Shown here: piece after piece, positions 19,565-32,571 of the stretch
Layout of the letters: the number at the start of each line of letters is the position of its first letter
How positions within the stretch are numbered: the first letter of the stretch is position 1
Source: the human T2T-CHM13v2.0 reference genome, Homo sapiens
Direction: 5' to 3' (one strand)
Length of the DNA stretch: 64,000 nt
Assembly: GCF_009914755.1 (NCBI RefSeq)
Contig: NC_060947.1
Notes under the pieces: generated by a model
The model's database searches: none
What the model was told of the DNA's origin: nothing
Seen by the model: the letters and a program-made list of their open reading frames with translations, nothing else
Program-made: the position numbers and the translations under genes

Positions 19565-20070
19565 CCAGAGGTTTGCCTGGGCATGGAGCTAGGAAACCTC
19601 TTTGGCTCCAAATACTCTCTGCATGGAGATAAGAGGTAGCCTAAGCTCCTATTCCAGGAGAGTGAGTGTTCTAGATGTCTGGAGATCTGCCTGGGCATGG
19701 AGCAGACAGAGCCCTACTGCATCAAGATCTATGTCCATGAAGGGTGGCGTGGCTCAGGCTGCCGAACCAGGCAAATGGGTACTTCAGATACCTAGAAATC
19801 TGCCTGGGTGTGGAGCAGAGAGAGCCCTGCTAAACCATGTCTATGTTCAGGAAGGGTGGGGCAGTTCAGGCTGCTGGACCAGGTGAACAATTGCTCTGAA
19901 TGCCTGGAGGTCCGCATGATCACGGAGCAGAGCCACACTGCACCAAGATCTATGTCCAGGAAGGGTGGGGTGGTTCAGGCCGCTGAACCAGGTACACAGG
20001 TGTTCCATATGCCTGCAATTCTGCCTGGTTGTGGAGCAGAGAGGCCTCCCTGCACCACGATCTCAGGGGA
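19565..20070. repeat. ~112-bp diverged tandem repeat in the old L1 5' region (~4.5 units)
   Basis: Units starting ctggagatctgcctggg-like at ~19565, 19679, 19792, 19904 and 20013. Confidence 0.85.
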
Positions 20071-20569
20071 ACAGGGTGGTGGACCCAGAAATGACACACA
20101 CAGATCAGTTTCAAGTTGTCAAGCAGGCCCTGGCTGCATGTCACTGTCCAGGAGAAACTACAGCTGTAATAATTCTCCTCCCATCCAGACTAGTAACGGG
20201 GAAAGCACAATTCCAGTGCCTACTGCTAAGGCACTTTCCACAGTACTGGCTGTGGAGGCCCCTATCCTGCTCCAGAGCAGGTACTCTAGTCTCTGGCCCG
20301 AGACTGAAATGCCTGTGCAGACACGCTGCTGCGTCACCAAGGAATGGCTGAGTTTGTATGCACTGGTGTTAAAAGTGGCATCCTGCTCTCAATTCTGGGT
20401 CTGGGAAAATGTCTGCAGCTTTTCCAAGTGTCTTTCCCTCACAGTGTCTCCAAGCTTTTTCCTCACCCACATTCGATTCCTAGATTTCAGTTCCTGGAGC
20501 AAAGGGAGAGTGGGGGGAACATGTTAACACTAGTTAACATATATGTATAATTTTTTCCAAGTCAGTAAA

Positions 20570-21650
20570 CAGAGATTTGCTTCATTCTTTCCAGTAGTTA
20601 CATAATACTAAAATGTAAGAAATATTTCAATGCATGAATATACCATCACTTATTAATCTCTATTAATGAACTTTAGGCTATTCTATATATTTGCTGATAA
20701 ACATGACTCCAGTTATTATAATTCTACATTCAACGTAAGTCATTTCTTTAGTTATTTTTGTTAGATGAATTTCTAGAAATGGAATTCTGGATAAAAATGT
20801 TTGCAGATTTAAAAAATAGATAATACCAAATTACACTTCAGAATGGCTGTACTCATTTAGACCCTGCCAAAAAAAATGTAGAATTCCTATTTCTTTCTCA
20901 ACACTGGATTCTGAGAGAAGTTGTGTTAAATACGTAGAATTATATAGGAAAAATTAAGATTCTGGCAGAATTACATTTTCTCATCAAGGGATATGATAAG
21001 TTTCTACATTTGTCTTTATTTTATGTCCTTCACTTAAGTTTCATAGTGTTCTTTATGTATTTTTTGTACCTTTATGTTGTTAGAGATTCTCAGGATTATT
21101 TCTAGATATTTTATAGCTGTTGTTGATAATGGCAACTTTTCTCCTTATTACATTTCCTACTTGGTTATTGCTAGTATGTAGAAATGTTGATGTTCATTGA
21201 TTGAATTTATCTCTCTTTATTTTCCCTTTTTGTATTGTATTACTTACAGCTTTCAGAATACTGTTGGCTAATAGAGTGAAAAGGAAACATGTTTCTCTTG
21301 CTCTTGCTTTTATTAGAAATGAATTTTGTGTTTTAACTTTAAATATATTTGTACTTGAGTTCACATAAATGCTATTTATAAAATAAAGAAAATTTACTTT
21401 TTGGAATTCCACAGTTACCATTTTTTTCAAGTCAGGGAGATACTCAATTTTATTAAATTTTTTTTGTCATCTATCAGAATAAACATATATATATAAAAAT
21501 TCCTTTTTGACATATTAATGTGTTAAATTACTTTATTTGTATGTTGACTTATCCTTTTGCTCTTGGCCTAAACTTCATCATGGGGTCTTATTCTTGAAGT
21601 ATATTCCTATATTTGATTTGCTATATTTCATTTGGAATTTGTGCATTTAA
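20570..21650 (-). mobile_element. Highly decayed L1M fragments
   Basis: ttctagaaatggaatt; cagaatggctgtactcatttag; ggttattgctagtatgtagaaatg resemble antisense L1M 3'/ORF2. Confidence 0.55.
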
Positions 21651-21989
21651 ATTTTTTTTGCTTTGTTAATTATCCTCCTGTGGGTACTAAGATTTTTATC
21701 AATTGCTTACATTCATACATCAAGGTTGATCAGTATATAGCTGGTATGGGGAACTCAGAATTCATGAAGGTCAGTGTTCAGTATCCTTCTCCCTTTTTCC
21801 CCGAAGTCCAGTAATTAATCTATGCAGGAGACTCGCAGGCAATAAACCCCACTTAAATATTTGAGACCCAAGGGGAGGATACCATGTTCTCCTACTCTGA
21901 ATGACATTTTAATGACTTTTAAACTTTTAAAGTTTAAATGACTTTATTCCTCAAGTCTTGAGATTTTTGTTATCTCTAACTTTTTCTTT

Positions 21990-23009
21990 TCTCTTTTTAA
22001 CTATTATTTTACCTACAGGGGTAGAAGTACAGGTTTGTTATACAGGTAAATTGCATGTCACAGGGGTTTGATATACAAATTTTGTTACCCAGGTAATAAG
22101 CATAGTATATGATAGGTAGCTTTTGGATCATTACCCTCCTCCCACCTTCTACCCTCAAATGGGCCCTGGTGTCTTTTGTTGGCTTCTGTTTTTACTCAAT
22201 GTTCAGCTCCCATTTATAAATGGGAATATGAAGTATTTGGTTTTTCTGTTGCAACATTAGTTTGCTTAGGATAATGGCCTCCAGCTCCATAAATGTTGTT
22301 GGAAAGGACATGGTCTCATTCTCTTTTTTATGGCTGTGTAGTATTCCACGATGCATTATGTACCACATTGTCTTTACCTAGTCTACCATTAATGAGAACT
22401 TAGGTAAATTCCATGTCTTCGCTATTGTGAATAGTGCTGCAAATGAACATATGTGTGCCTTTATCTTTATGGTAGAACAATTTATATTCTGGATATATAT
22501 TCAATAATGGGATTGCTGGGTAGAATGGTAGTTGTTTTTATGTTCGTTGAAAAAACACCAAACTGCTTTCCACAATGGATAAATTGATATGTATTTGCAC
22601 CAGCAGTGCATAAGCCTTCACGTTTCTCTACAACCTTGGTAGCATTTGTTATTTTTTGGTGGTTTAAAAGTAGCCATTCTGAATGGTGTGAGATGATATC
22701 TTATTGTGGTTTTCAGTTGCATTTTGTCTAATTGTTAGTGATGTTGTGCATTTGTTTCATATGCTTGTTGGCTGCATGTATGTCTTTCTTTTAAAAGGGT
22801 CTCTTCATGTCCTTTGCCCATTTTTAATGGAGGTTTTTGATTATTGCTTGTTGATTGGTTTGATTTCCTTATAGATTCTGGATATTAAACCTTTCTCAGA
22901 TGCATAGTTTTCAAACATTTTCTCTGATTATGTAGGTGGTCTGATTACTCTGTTGATAGGTTTTTTTGCTATAAAGAAGATCCTTAGTTAATTAGATCCC
23001 ATTTTTCAA
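21990..23009 (-). mobile_element. L1PA13-15-like 3' fragment
   Basis: caggtttgttatacaggtaaattgcatgtcacagggg 3' end; stops at the poly(T) of the next L1. Confidence 0.8.
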
Positions 23010-24139
23010 TTTTTTTAATTATACTTTAAGTTCTGGGATACATGTGCAGAACATGCAGGTTTGTTACATAGGTATACACATGCCATGGTGGTTTGCTGCA
23101 CCCATCAACCCATCATCTATATTAGGTATTTCTCCTAATGCTATCCCTCCCCTAGGACCCCACCCCCTGACAGGCCCCAGTGTGTGATGTTCCCCTACCT
23201 GTGTCCATGTGTTCTCATTGTTCACCTCCCACTTATGAGTGAGAACATGCGGTGTTTGGTTCTCTGTTCCTGTGTTAGTTTGCTGATAATTATGGTTTAA
23301 TCCATGTTCCTGCAAAGGATATGAACTCATCCTTTTTTATGGCTGCATAGTATTCCACATTGTATATGTGCCACATTTTCTTTATCCAATCTATCATTGA
23401 TGGGCATTTAGGTCTTTGCTATTATGAACACTGCTGCGATAAACATACATGTGCATGTGTCTTTATAGTATAATGACTTATAATCCTTTGGGTATATACC
23501 CAGTAATGGGATTGCTGGGTCAAATGGTATTTCTGGTTCTAGATCCTTGAGGAATCGCCACACTGTCTTCCACAGTGGTTGAACTAATTGACACTCCCAC
23601 CAACAGTGTAAAAGAATTCCTATTTCTCTACATCCTCTCCAGCATCTGTTGTTTCTTGACTTTTTAATGATCACCATTCTGACTGGCGTGAGATGGTATC
23701 TCCTTGAGGATTTGATGTTCATTTCTCTAATGACCAGTGATGATGAGCATTTTTTCGTATGTTTGTTGGCCACATAAATGTCTTCTTTTGAGAAGTATCT
23801 GTTCATATTCTTCACCCACTTTTTGATGGGGTTGTTTATTTCTTGTAAATTTGTTTAAGTTCTTTGTAGATTCTGGATATTAGCCCTTTGTCAGATGGAT
23901 AGATGGCAAAAATTTTCTCCCATTCTGTAGATTGCCTGTTCATTCTGATGATAATTTATTTTGCTCTGCAGAAGCTCTTTAGTTTAATTAGATCCCATTT
24001 GTCAATTTTGGCTTTGGTTGAAATTGCTTTTGGTGTTTTAGCCATGAAGTGATTGCTTATGCCTATGTCCTGAATGGTATTGCCTAGGTTTTATTCTAGG
24101 GTTTTTATGGTTTTAGGACTTAGGTTTAAGTCTTTAATA

Positions 24140-24221
24140 CATCTTGACTTAATTTTTGTATAAGCTGTAAGGAAAGGGTCCATCTTGACTTAATTTTTGT
24201 ATAAGCTGTAAGGAAAGGGTC
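24140..24221. repeat. Perfect 41-bp tandem duplication inside L1 ORF2
   Basis: catcttgacttaatttttgtataagctgtaaggaaagggtc occurs twice (24140-24180, 24181-24221). Confidence 0.97.
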
Positions 24222-26659
24222 CAGTTTCAGTTTTCTGCATATAGCTAGCCAGTTTTCCCAACACCATTTATTAAATATAGAATCATTTCTCCATTGCTTG
24301 TTTTTGTCAGTTTTGTCAAAGATCAGATGGTTGTAGATGTGTGGCATTATTTCTGAGGCCTCTATTCTGTTCCATCGGTCTATATATCTGATTTGGTACC
24401 CGTACCATGCTCTTTTGGTTATTGCAGTGTTGTAGTATTGCTTGAAGTCAGGTAGTGTGATGCCTCCAGCTTTGTTCTTTCTGCTTAGGGTTGTGTTGGC
24501 TATATGGGTTCTTTTTTGGTTCCATATGAAATTTAAAGTAATTTTTTTTTTCTAATTCTGTGAAGAAAGTCAATAGTAGCTTGATGGCGATAGCATTGAA
24601 TCTATAAATTACTTTGGGGATTATGGCCATTTTCACGACATTGATTCTTCTTATCCATGAGCATGGAATGCTTTTTCATTTGTTTGTGTCCTCTCTTAAT
24701 TCCTTGAGCAGTTGTTTGTAGTTCTACTTCAAGAGGTCCTTCATATCCCTTGTAAGTTGTATTCCTAGGTATTTTACTCTCTTAGTAGCAATTGTGAATG
24801 GGAGTTCACTCATGATTTGGCTCTCTGTCTGTTATTGGTGCATAGGAATGCTTGTGATTTTTGCACATTTATTTTGTATCCTGAGACTTTGCTGAAGTTG
24901 CTTCTCAGCTTAAGGAGATTTTGGGCTGAAATGATGGGGTTTTCTAAATATACAGTCATGTCATCTGCAAACAGAGACAATTTGACTTCTCTCTTCCTAT
25001 TTGAATACCCTTTATTTCTTTTTCTTGCCTGATTGCCCTGTCCAGAACTTCCTATACTATGTTTAGTAGGAGTGGTGAGAGACAGCATCCTTGTCTTGTG
25101 CTGGTTTTCAAAGGGAATGCTTCCAGCTTTTGCCTATTCAGTATGATATTGGCGGTGGGTTTGTCAAAAATAGCTCTTATTATTTTGAGATATGTTGCAT
25201 CAATACCTAGTTTATTCAGAGTTTCTAGCTTGAGGGGGTGTTGAATTTTATCAAAGGCCTCTTCTGCATCTATTGAGGTAATCATGTGGTTTTTGTCATT
25301 GTTTATATTTATATGATGAATTATGTTTATTGATTTGCATATGTTGAACCAGCCTTGCATCCCAGGGATGAAGCCAAATTGATCGTGGTACATAAGCTTT
25401 TTGATGTGCTGCTGGATTCAGTTTGCCAGTATTTTATTGAGGATTTTCGCCTCGATGTTCATCAGGGATATTGGCCTGAAATTTTCTTTTTTTGTTGTGT
25501 CTCTCCCAGGTTTTGGTGTCACTATGACGTTGGCCTCATAAAATAAGTCAGGGAAGAGTCCCTCTTTCTCTATTGTTTGGAATGGTTTCAGAAGGAATGG
25601 TACCAGCTCCTCTTTGTACCTCTGGTCGAATTTGGCTGTGAATCCATCTTGTCCTGGGCTCATTTTGGTTGGTAGGCTATTAATTACTGCCTCGATTTCA
25701 GAACTTGTTATTGGTGAACTCAGGGATTCGATTTCTTCCTGGTGTGTAGTGTATTCTCTGATGGTAGTTTGTATTTCTGTGGGATCAGTGGTGATATCCC
25801 CTTTTTCATTTTTATTGTGTCTATTTGATTCTTCTCTCTTTTCTTTTTTATTAGTCTGGCTAGTGGTCCATCTATTTTGTTAATCTTTTCAAAAAGCCAC
25901 CTCCTGGATTCATTGATTTTTAAGGGTTTTTCATGTCTCTATCTCCTTCAGTTCTGCTCTCATCTTAGTTATTTCTTGTCTTCTGCTAGGTTTTGAATTT
26001 GTTTGCTCTTACTTCTCTAATTCTTTTAATCGTGATGTTAGGATGTCAATTTTAGATCTTTCCTGCTTTCTCCTGTAGGAATTTAGTGCTATAAATTTCT
26101 CTCTAAACACTGCTTTAGCTGTATCCCAGAGAGTGTGGTACGTTGTGTCTTTGTTGTCATTGTTTTCTAAGAAATTATTTATTTCTTCCTTAATGTTGTT
26201 GTTTACCCAGTAGTTATTCAGGAACAGGTTGTTCAGTTTTTATGTAGATGCGGGGTTTTGAGTGACTTTCTTAATCCTGAGTGCTAATTTGATTGCACTG
26301 TGGTTTGAGAGACTTTTTATGATTTCCATTTTTTTACATTTGCTGAGGAGTATTTTACTTCCAGTTATGTGGTCAATTTTAGAATATGTGTGATGTGGTG
26401 CAGAGAAGAATGTTTATGCTGTTGATTTGAGGTGGAGAGTTCTGTAGATGTCTCTTAGGTCTGCTTGGTCCAGATCTGGGTTCAAGTCCTGAATATCATT
26501 GTTAATTTTCTGTCTTGTTGATCTGTCTGATATTGACAGTGGGGTGTTAAAGTCTCTCACTATTATTGTGTGGGAGTCTAAGTCTCTTTGTAGGTCTCTA
26601 AGAACTTCCTTTATAAATCTGGGTGCTCCTGTATTGGGTGATTGGGTGTTTGTGTGTGG

Positions 26660-26668
<9 letters not shown>

Positions 26669-26697
<29 letters not shown>
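26669..26697. repeat. (TA)n microsatellite inside L1 ORF2
   Basis: TA run preceded by a GT-rich stretch. Confidence 0.9.
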
Positions 26698-26700
<3 letters not shown>

Positions 26701-29449
26701 CTCTTTTTGTTGCATTGATTTTTTACTATTATGTAATGCCCTTCTTTGTCTTTGTTGGTCTTTGTTTATTTAAAGTCTGTTTTATCAGAGACTAGGATCA
26801 CAACCTCTGCTTGTGTTTTATTTTCCATTTGCTTGGTAAATATTTCTCCATCCCTTTATTTTGAGCCTATGAGTTTCTTTGCATGTGAGATGGGTCTCCT
26901 GAATACACCACACTGATGGGTCTTGACTCTGTATCCAATTTGCCAGTCTGTGTCTCTTAGTTGGGGCATTTATCCTGTTTACATTTAAGGGTACCATTGT
27001 TATGTGTGAATTTGATCCTGTCATTATGATGCTAGCTGGTTATTTTGCCCATTAGTTGATACAGTTTCTTCATGGTGTCAATGATATTTAAAATTTGGTA
27101 TGTTTTTGCAGTGGCTAGTACTGGTTTTTCATTTCCATGTTTAGTACTTCCTTCTAGAGCTCTTGTAAGGCAGGCCTGGTGGTGACAAAATCACTCAGCA
27201 TTTGCTTGTCTGTAAAGGATTTTTTTTTTCTTCTTTTCTTATGAAGTTTAGTTTGGCTGGATATGAAATTCTGGGTGGAAAATTCTTTTCTTCAAGAATG
27301 TTGTATAGTGGCCCCCACTCTCTTCTGGCTTGTAGGGTTTCTGCAGAGAGATCCACTTAGTCCAATGGGCTTCCCTTTGTGGGTAAGCCAACCTTTCTCT
27401 CTGGCTGCCCTTAACATTTTTTCTTTCATTTCAACCTTGGTGAATCTGATGAATATTTGTCTTTGGGTTCCTCTTCTCGAGGAGTATCTTTGTGATGTAC
27501 TTTGTATTTCCTGAATTTGAATTTTGGCATGTCTTGCTAGATTGCAGAAGTTTTCCTGGACAATATCCTGAAGAGTGTTTTCCAGCTTGTTTCCATTCTC
27601 CCTGTCACTTTCATGTACACCAATCAAACATAGATTTGGTTTTTTCACAAAGTCCCATATTTCTTGGAGGCTTTGTTCCTTTTCATTTTTTTCTCTAATC
27701 TTGTCTTTACACTTTATTTCAGTAAGTTTATCTTTAATCTCTGATATCCTTTCTTTCGCTTGATCGATTCAGCTATTGATACTTGTGTACGTTTCACGAA
27801 GTTCTCATACTGTGTTTTTCAGCTCCATCAGGTCGTTTATGTTCTTCTCTAAACTGGTTATTCCAGTTAGCAATTCCTCTAACCTTTTTTCAAGGTTCTT
27901 AGCTTTTTTGCATTGGGTTAGAACCTGCTTCTTTAGGTTGTAGGTGTTTGTTATTACCCACCTTCTGAAGCCTACTTCTTTCAATTTATCAAGCTCATTC
28001 TCCATCTAGTTTTGTTCCATTGCTGGCAAGGAGTTGTGATCTTTGGAGAAGAGGAGTACTGGTTTTTGGAATTGTCAGCCTTTCTGCACTGTTTCTTCTT
28101 CATCTTTGTGGATTTATTTACCTTTGGTCTTTGATGTTGGTGACCTTTGGATGGGGTTTCTGTGTGGACGTTCTTGTTGTTTATGTTGATGTTATTCCTT
28201 TCTGTTTGTTGGTTTTCCTTCTGAAAGGCCCCTCTGCTGCAGGTCTGCTGGAGTTTGCTGGACGTCCACTCCAGACCGTGTTTGCCTGGGTATCACCAGC
28301 GGAGGCTGCAGACCAGCAAAGATTGCTGCCTGTTTCTTCCTCTGGAAGCTTCTTCCCAGAGGGACACCCGCCAGATGCCAGCCAGAGCTCTCCTGTATGA
28401 GGTGTCTGTCGACCCCTGCTGGGAAGTGTCTCCCAGACAGGAGGTACAGGGTTCACGAACACACTTGAGGAGGCTGTCTGTTCCTTAGCAGAGGTCGAGC
28501 ACTATGCTGGGAGATCTGCTGCTCTTTTCAGAGCCAGCAGGCAGGAACGTTTAAGTCTGCTGAAGCTGCGCCCACAGCTGCCCCTTCCCCGAGGTGCTCT
28601 GTCACAGGGAGATGGGAGTTTTATCTATAAGCCCGTGACTGTGGCTGCTGCCTTTCTTCCAGTGATGCCCTGCCCAGAGAGGAGGAATCTAGAGAGGCTG
28701 TCTGGCTACATCAGCTTTGCAGAGCTGTGGTAGGCTTTGCCCAGTTCCTACTTCCCGGCAGCTTTGTTTATACTGTGAGGGGAAAACTGCCTACTCAAGC
28801 CTCAGTATTGGCAGATGCCCCTCCGCCCACCAAGCTGGAGCATCTCAGGTCAACTTCAGACTGCTGTGCTGGCAGGAAGAATTTCAAGCCAATGGATCCT
28901 CTCTTGCTGGGCTCTGTGGGGGTAGGATCCTCTGAGCTAGACCATTTAGCTCCTTGGCTTCAGTCCTTTTTCCAGGGGAGTGAATGGTTCTGTCTTGCTG
29001 GCATTCCAGGTGCCACTGGGATATTAAAAAAAAAAAAAAATCCTGCAGCTAGGTCGGTTTCTGCCCAAATGGCCGCCCAGTTTTTTGCTTGAAACCCAGG
29101 GCCCTAGTGGCCTAAGCATCTGAGGGAATCTCCTGGTCTGTGGGTTGTGAAGACTGTGGAAAAAGCGTAGTATGGGGGCCAGAATGCACTGTCCCTCAAG
29201 GCACAGTCCCTTATGGCTTCTGTAGGCTAGGGGAGGGAGTTCCCCAACCCCTTGTGCTTCCTGGGTGAGGCGACGTCCCACCCTGCTTTGACTCACCCTC
29301 CGTGGACTGCACCCACTGCCTAACCAGTCCCAATGAGATGACCCAGGTACCTCAGTTTGAAATGCAGAAATCACCTGCCTTCTGCATTGATCTCGCTGGG
29401 AGCTGCAGACTGGAGCTGTTCCTATTGAGCTATCTTGCCAGCCACCTAA

Positions 29450-29757
29450 TTAAAATAATTTTATTTCCTTTTAAGGCCTGTTATCTGTCTTGTGATGTTA
29501 TAACAGAGTCAGGTTGGAGTTGGTATTTAATTGCTTCAAAGAGTTTTTTTTTTCTGTTAGTCTTAGGATCTCTATTTTAATGTTAATTCTAGTTAGTTGT
29601 GCCTGAACTCCAAAGAAATGAGAGTATAGTGAGGTATGTCTGACTCCCACTTCTTATCATGCTCTGAACTAGTTTTTTATGTTTCTTTGTGTTCCCTTGG
29701 CTGAGAGAAGGTCCATTCGGTCAGTTGGGGGACTTAGAATTTTAATTTTGTTCAGCA
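29450..29757 (-). mobile_element. MER4-group ERV1 LTR, 5' part
   Basis: Minus strand reads TG..aacaaaattaaaattctaagtcccccaactgaccgaatggacc, a MER4-type LTR start. Confidence 0.7.
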
Positions 29758-29758
29758 C

Positions 29759-30380
29759 GTATATACCCAGTAGGGGGATTGCTGGGTCTAATGGTAATTC
29801 GCGTCCCATTTTTTGAAAAATCTTTAAACTGCTCAAAATTATGTCCTTTGCAGCAACATGGATGCAGCTGGAAACTATTCTTCTAAGCAAATTAATGAAG
29901 AAAAAGAAAACCAAGTACCACGTGTTCTCACTTATAAGTGGGAACTAAACACTCAGTATACATGGTTTTAAAAATAGAAACAATACACTCTGGGGAATCC
30001 AAGGGGACATGGCAGGGGTTAAGGGTTGTAAGAAGACTAACTATTGGATACTATACTCACTACCTGGTTGATGGATTCTTCATACTTTCAACCTCAGCAT
30101 CATGCTATTACCCACAACCATTGTGGGCACATGTTCTCAGGCCCTCCTGTGGGTTATAATTTTTAACTTTGGCAAAGTAAACCTCTAAATTGATTGACGC
30201 TCTTCTCAGATACTTTTTGGTTTACCTACCAAAAGAAAAATGAAGTGTTCTACCAAAAAGACACATACACCCTTTTGTTCATTGCAGCATCGTTCACAAT
30301 AGCATATTTCAAATCGCTATTTTCCCCATCCCCCTTGCGTATGTACCCACTGAATGTAAAATAAAATTGGAAAAAAATAA
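29759..30380. mobile_element. Scrambled L1PA15/16-like 3' pieces plus a MER4-type LTR 3' end (30115-30226)
   Basis: L1 minus 29759-29833; L1 plus 29834-30114; LTR end aaacctctaaattgattga...tactttttggtttac; L1 plus 30227-30304; L1 terminus 30332-30380. Confidence 0.7.
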
Positions 30381-30957
30381 ACATTTTCCAATTATAAAAA
30401 GAAATACGCTCAGACTATTCTGTTCTACTTAATAAGGACTGTCCTCGAGAGAAACTATTTACCCGAGTCTAACCAACTTGGGAAAAAGGGGATACCCCTA
30501 ATAATCTTTTTGTCTCACCAAAGAGGAGAGAAAAAAAATGACCAAGAAGTACATGTCAGGGTCACAAACTAGGGATACAGGCTCACTAAAAGACTGAGAT
30601 CTAAATATAGGACTATAGAATGTAGTCCCCACCCACCTCCAATTTACCATTACATCAAAAGTGCTTGTGTATATTGATAGGGAGATGCAATGGAAAGAAC
30701 TGCATATCTCAGACCTTATTTACAAATCATGCCATATAACCTTACATTGGATCAATGTAGAATATTTTTATGCAGCTATGCCAAAATGGCCCACTAAAAC
30801 TGTAAAATCACTTTAAAATTCACATATATCTTCAACAGAAGATTATAGGGGGGGTCTTTATTAATTTATGTGTTGTTTGAATTTTTGTATGTATTACTGT
30901 TAATGTTAGAGCAATTAAATATTTTTAAGGTCTGTCAAAACTGGATTTACATAAAAC

Positions 30958-31145
30958 AATAATATTCATTTAGTATGTGTCATACTCCAGGTACTTTTGT
31001 AAGTGCTTTACATATATTATTAATCCATTAATCTTAACAACACTATGAGGCAGATTTACCACTATTTCCTATGTAAAATATGTTGGAAAATCAAGGCACA
31101 AAGAGATTAGTCAACCTGCTCAAATTTATTTAGCTAGTAAATAAT
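30958..31145 (-). mobile_element. MIR SINE
   Basis: taagtgctttacatatatt...aacactatgaggcag...aaggcacaaagagattag..aacctgctcaa...agctagtaaat. Confidence 0.7.
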
Positions 31146-31195
31146 ATCAAAGTAGTTATGAGTAGAGGCTTCTCACATTAATATGAATGATTATA

Positions 31196-31197
<2 letters not shown>

Positions 31198-31237
<40 letters not shown>
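31198..31237. repeat. (TG)~20 microsatellite
   Basis: Pure TG run. Confidence 0.98.
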
Positions 31238-31240
<3 letters not shown>

Positions 31241-31471
31241 GAGTTAGAAATAATTATTAGAAATTGAATTTAGAATTTTGTGGTACTTGGATCAGATACC
31301 AAAGGATCACATTGTGATTTAATATCCTCTGAATGTGTAGCACCTCAATCTCCTTGAGTGTCAATATATATCCAATCAAGCAAAGTTAGCATAATCAGGA
31401 AGTCTACAAAATACAGATATGTCAATCTTTTATATTTTTAAATAGAAAATGGAATAAATTCCACTATTTAT

Positions 31472-32510
31472 TGTGGCAGGTGAATAATGGTCCCAAATCA
31501 TGTCTACACATGAATCCCAAGAATCTGTGACTGTTACCTTAAATGTATAAGAAGAAGATAAAATTTCAGGAACTTTCAAATGTATTATGCTAAAAGGAAA
31601 AGGTTAGCCCTGAAAGCTGACTCACATTGCACAACTATTTTTCTTATCTAGTGCATGACCTTTGTGTTGCAATTTCCTGCATTAACAAGACTCCCTATTT
31701 TTCATTCAAACCTATAAATGACATGAAGGTAGAGACCCTTGTGACATTTACCGCTTTACAATACAATGTTAAGCAACTACATTAGAATGTAATCAATAGT
31801 AGCGAATCAAATCTTATATCTCTATTTTAGCCTTTGTATAGAAAATGTTGTAATTCTGTTTGACACCTCCATTTTGTCTGTATAAATGGTTCTTATTTTT
31901 TCCCATACCGGGAGCACTGAACACCATTTTTTGGTATAGCTTTGCCCCCTGAACATTTACCCTCACACTTTGCACTTGAATGAACTCTGTTTAAATTAGA
32001 TTCTAATTATTTTTATTATTTTAGGTTTACAAATGGCAGAAGAGACTTTTCAGATAAAGCTAAGGTTTCAGACCTTGAAACAGGGAGATTATCCTAGATT
32101 ATCCCCTGAGTCTCATCTACCATGTGAGCCCATAAAAACAGAGAACTTGCTCAATCTCTAAGTAGGAGAGATATAGTGGAAGACATAGGAGAGATGGCAG
32201 AAGAGAAATTAGAGAGATTCGAAGCATGAAAGGGACTCAATTGTTCCAGGAAAACATACCACATGAAAAGCATGAGAAGAAATGAGAGCAGTCTCTAGCA
32301 TCTGAGAGCAATTAAAAGCGAGGAAATTGGGACCTCCATCCTACAACTGCAAGGAACTGAATTTAGCCAACGACCAAAATGAACTTGGAAGCAGATTCTT
32401 CTCCAGAGCCTCTAGGAATGGCACAGCTTTTCTGACAACACTCTGATTTCAGCATTCTGAGACTTTTAACAGAGGACCCCAGCTGAACCATTCTGTACAC
32501 AGGACTCTGA
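31472..32510 (+). mobile_element. MLT1 (D/E-like) MaLR LTR, split by an ERV1 LTR
   Basis: tgtggcaggtgaataatggtccc...gttacctta; resumes ggcagaagagac...gggagattatcct...gaacttggaagcagattcttctccagagcct. Confidence 0.8.
31546..32031 (+). mobile_element. MER4-group ERV1 solo LTR
   Basis: Ends ttttaggtttaca; 4-bp TSD aatg (31542-31545 and 32032-32035); the MLT1 host is contiguous across it. Confidence 0.7.
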
Positions 32511-32571
32511 TTTTGTTACTCAACCAAACTTTGGTTTACTTTCCTGGCACAGTAAAGTCAAACTTCTACAC

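Larger units (their letters stand above)
23010..29446 (-). mobile_element. Full-length ~6.4-kb L1PA7-like LINE-1 (inactive)
   Basis: 3' ttatactttaagttctgggatacatgtgcagaac; 5' on minus GGCTGGCAAGATAGCTCAATAGGAACAGCTCCAGTCTGCAGC; fragmented ORF2 (start 27024) and ORF1; no TSD found. Confidence 0.9.

Noticed and set aside
19375-20550. Overlapping 94-239 aa ORFs as a novel gene, and the repeat units as a CRISPR-like array
   Set aside because: This is the GC-rich old L1 5' region. The units are diverged tandem monomers without unique spacers, and there are no cas-like genes.
30400-30725. Possible old L1M 5' fragment
   Set aside because: Only one remembered motif (aggctcactaaaagactgaga) matches, which is not enough support.
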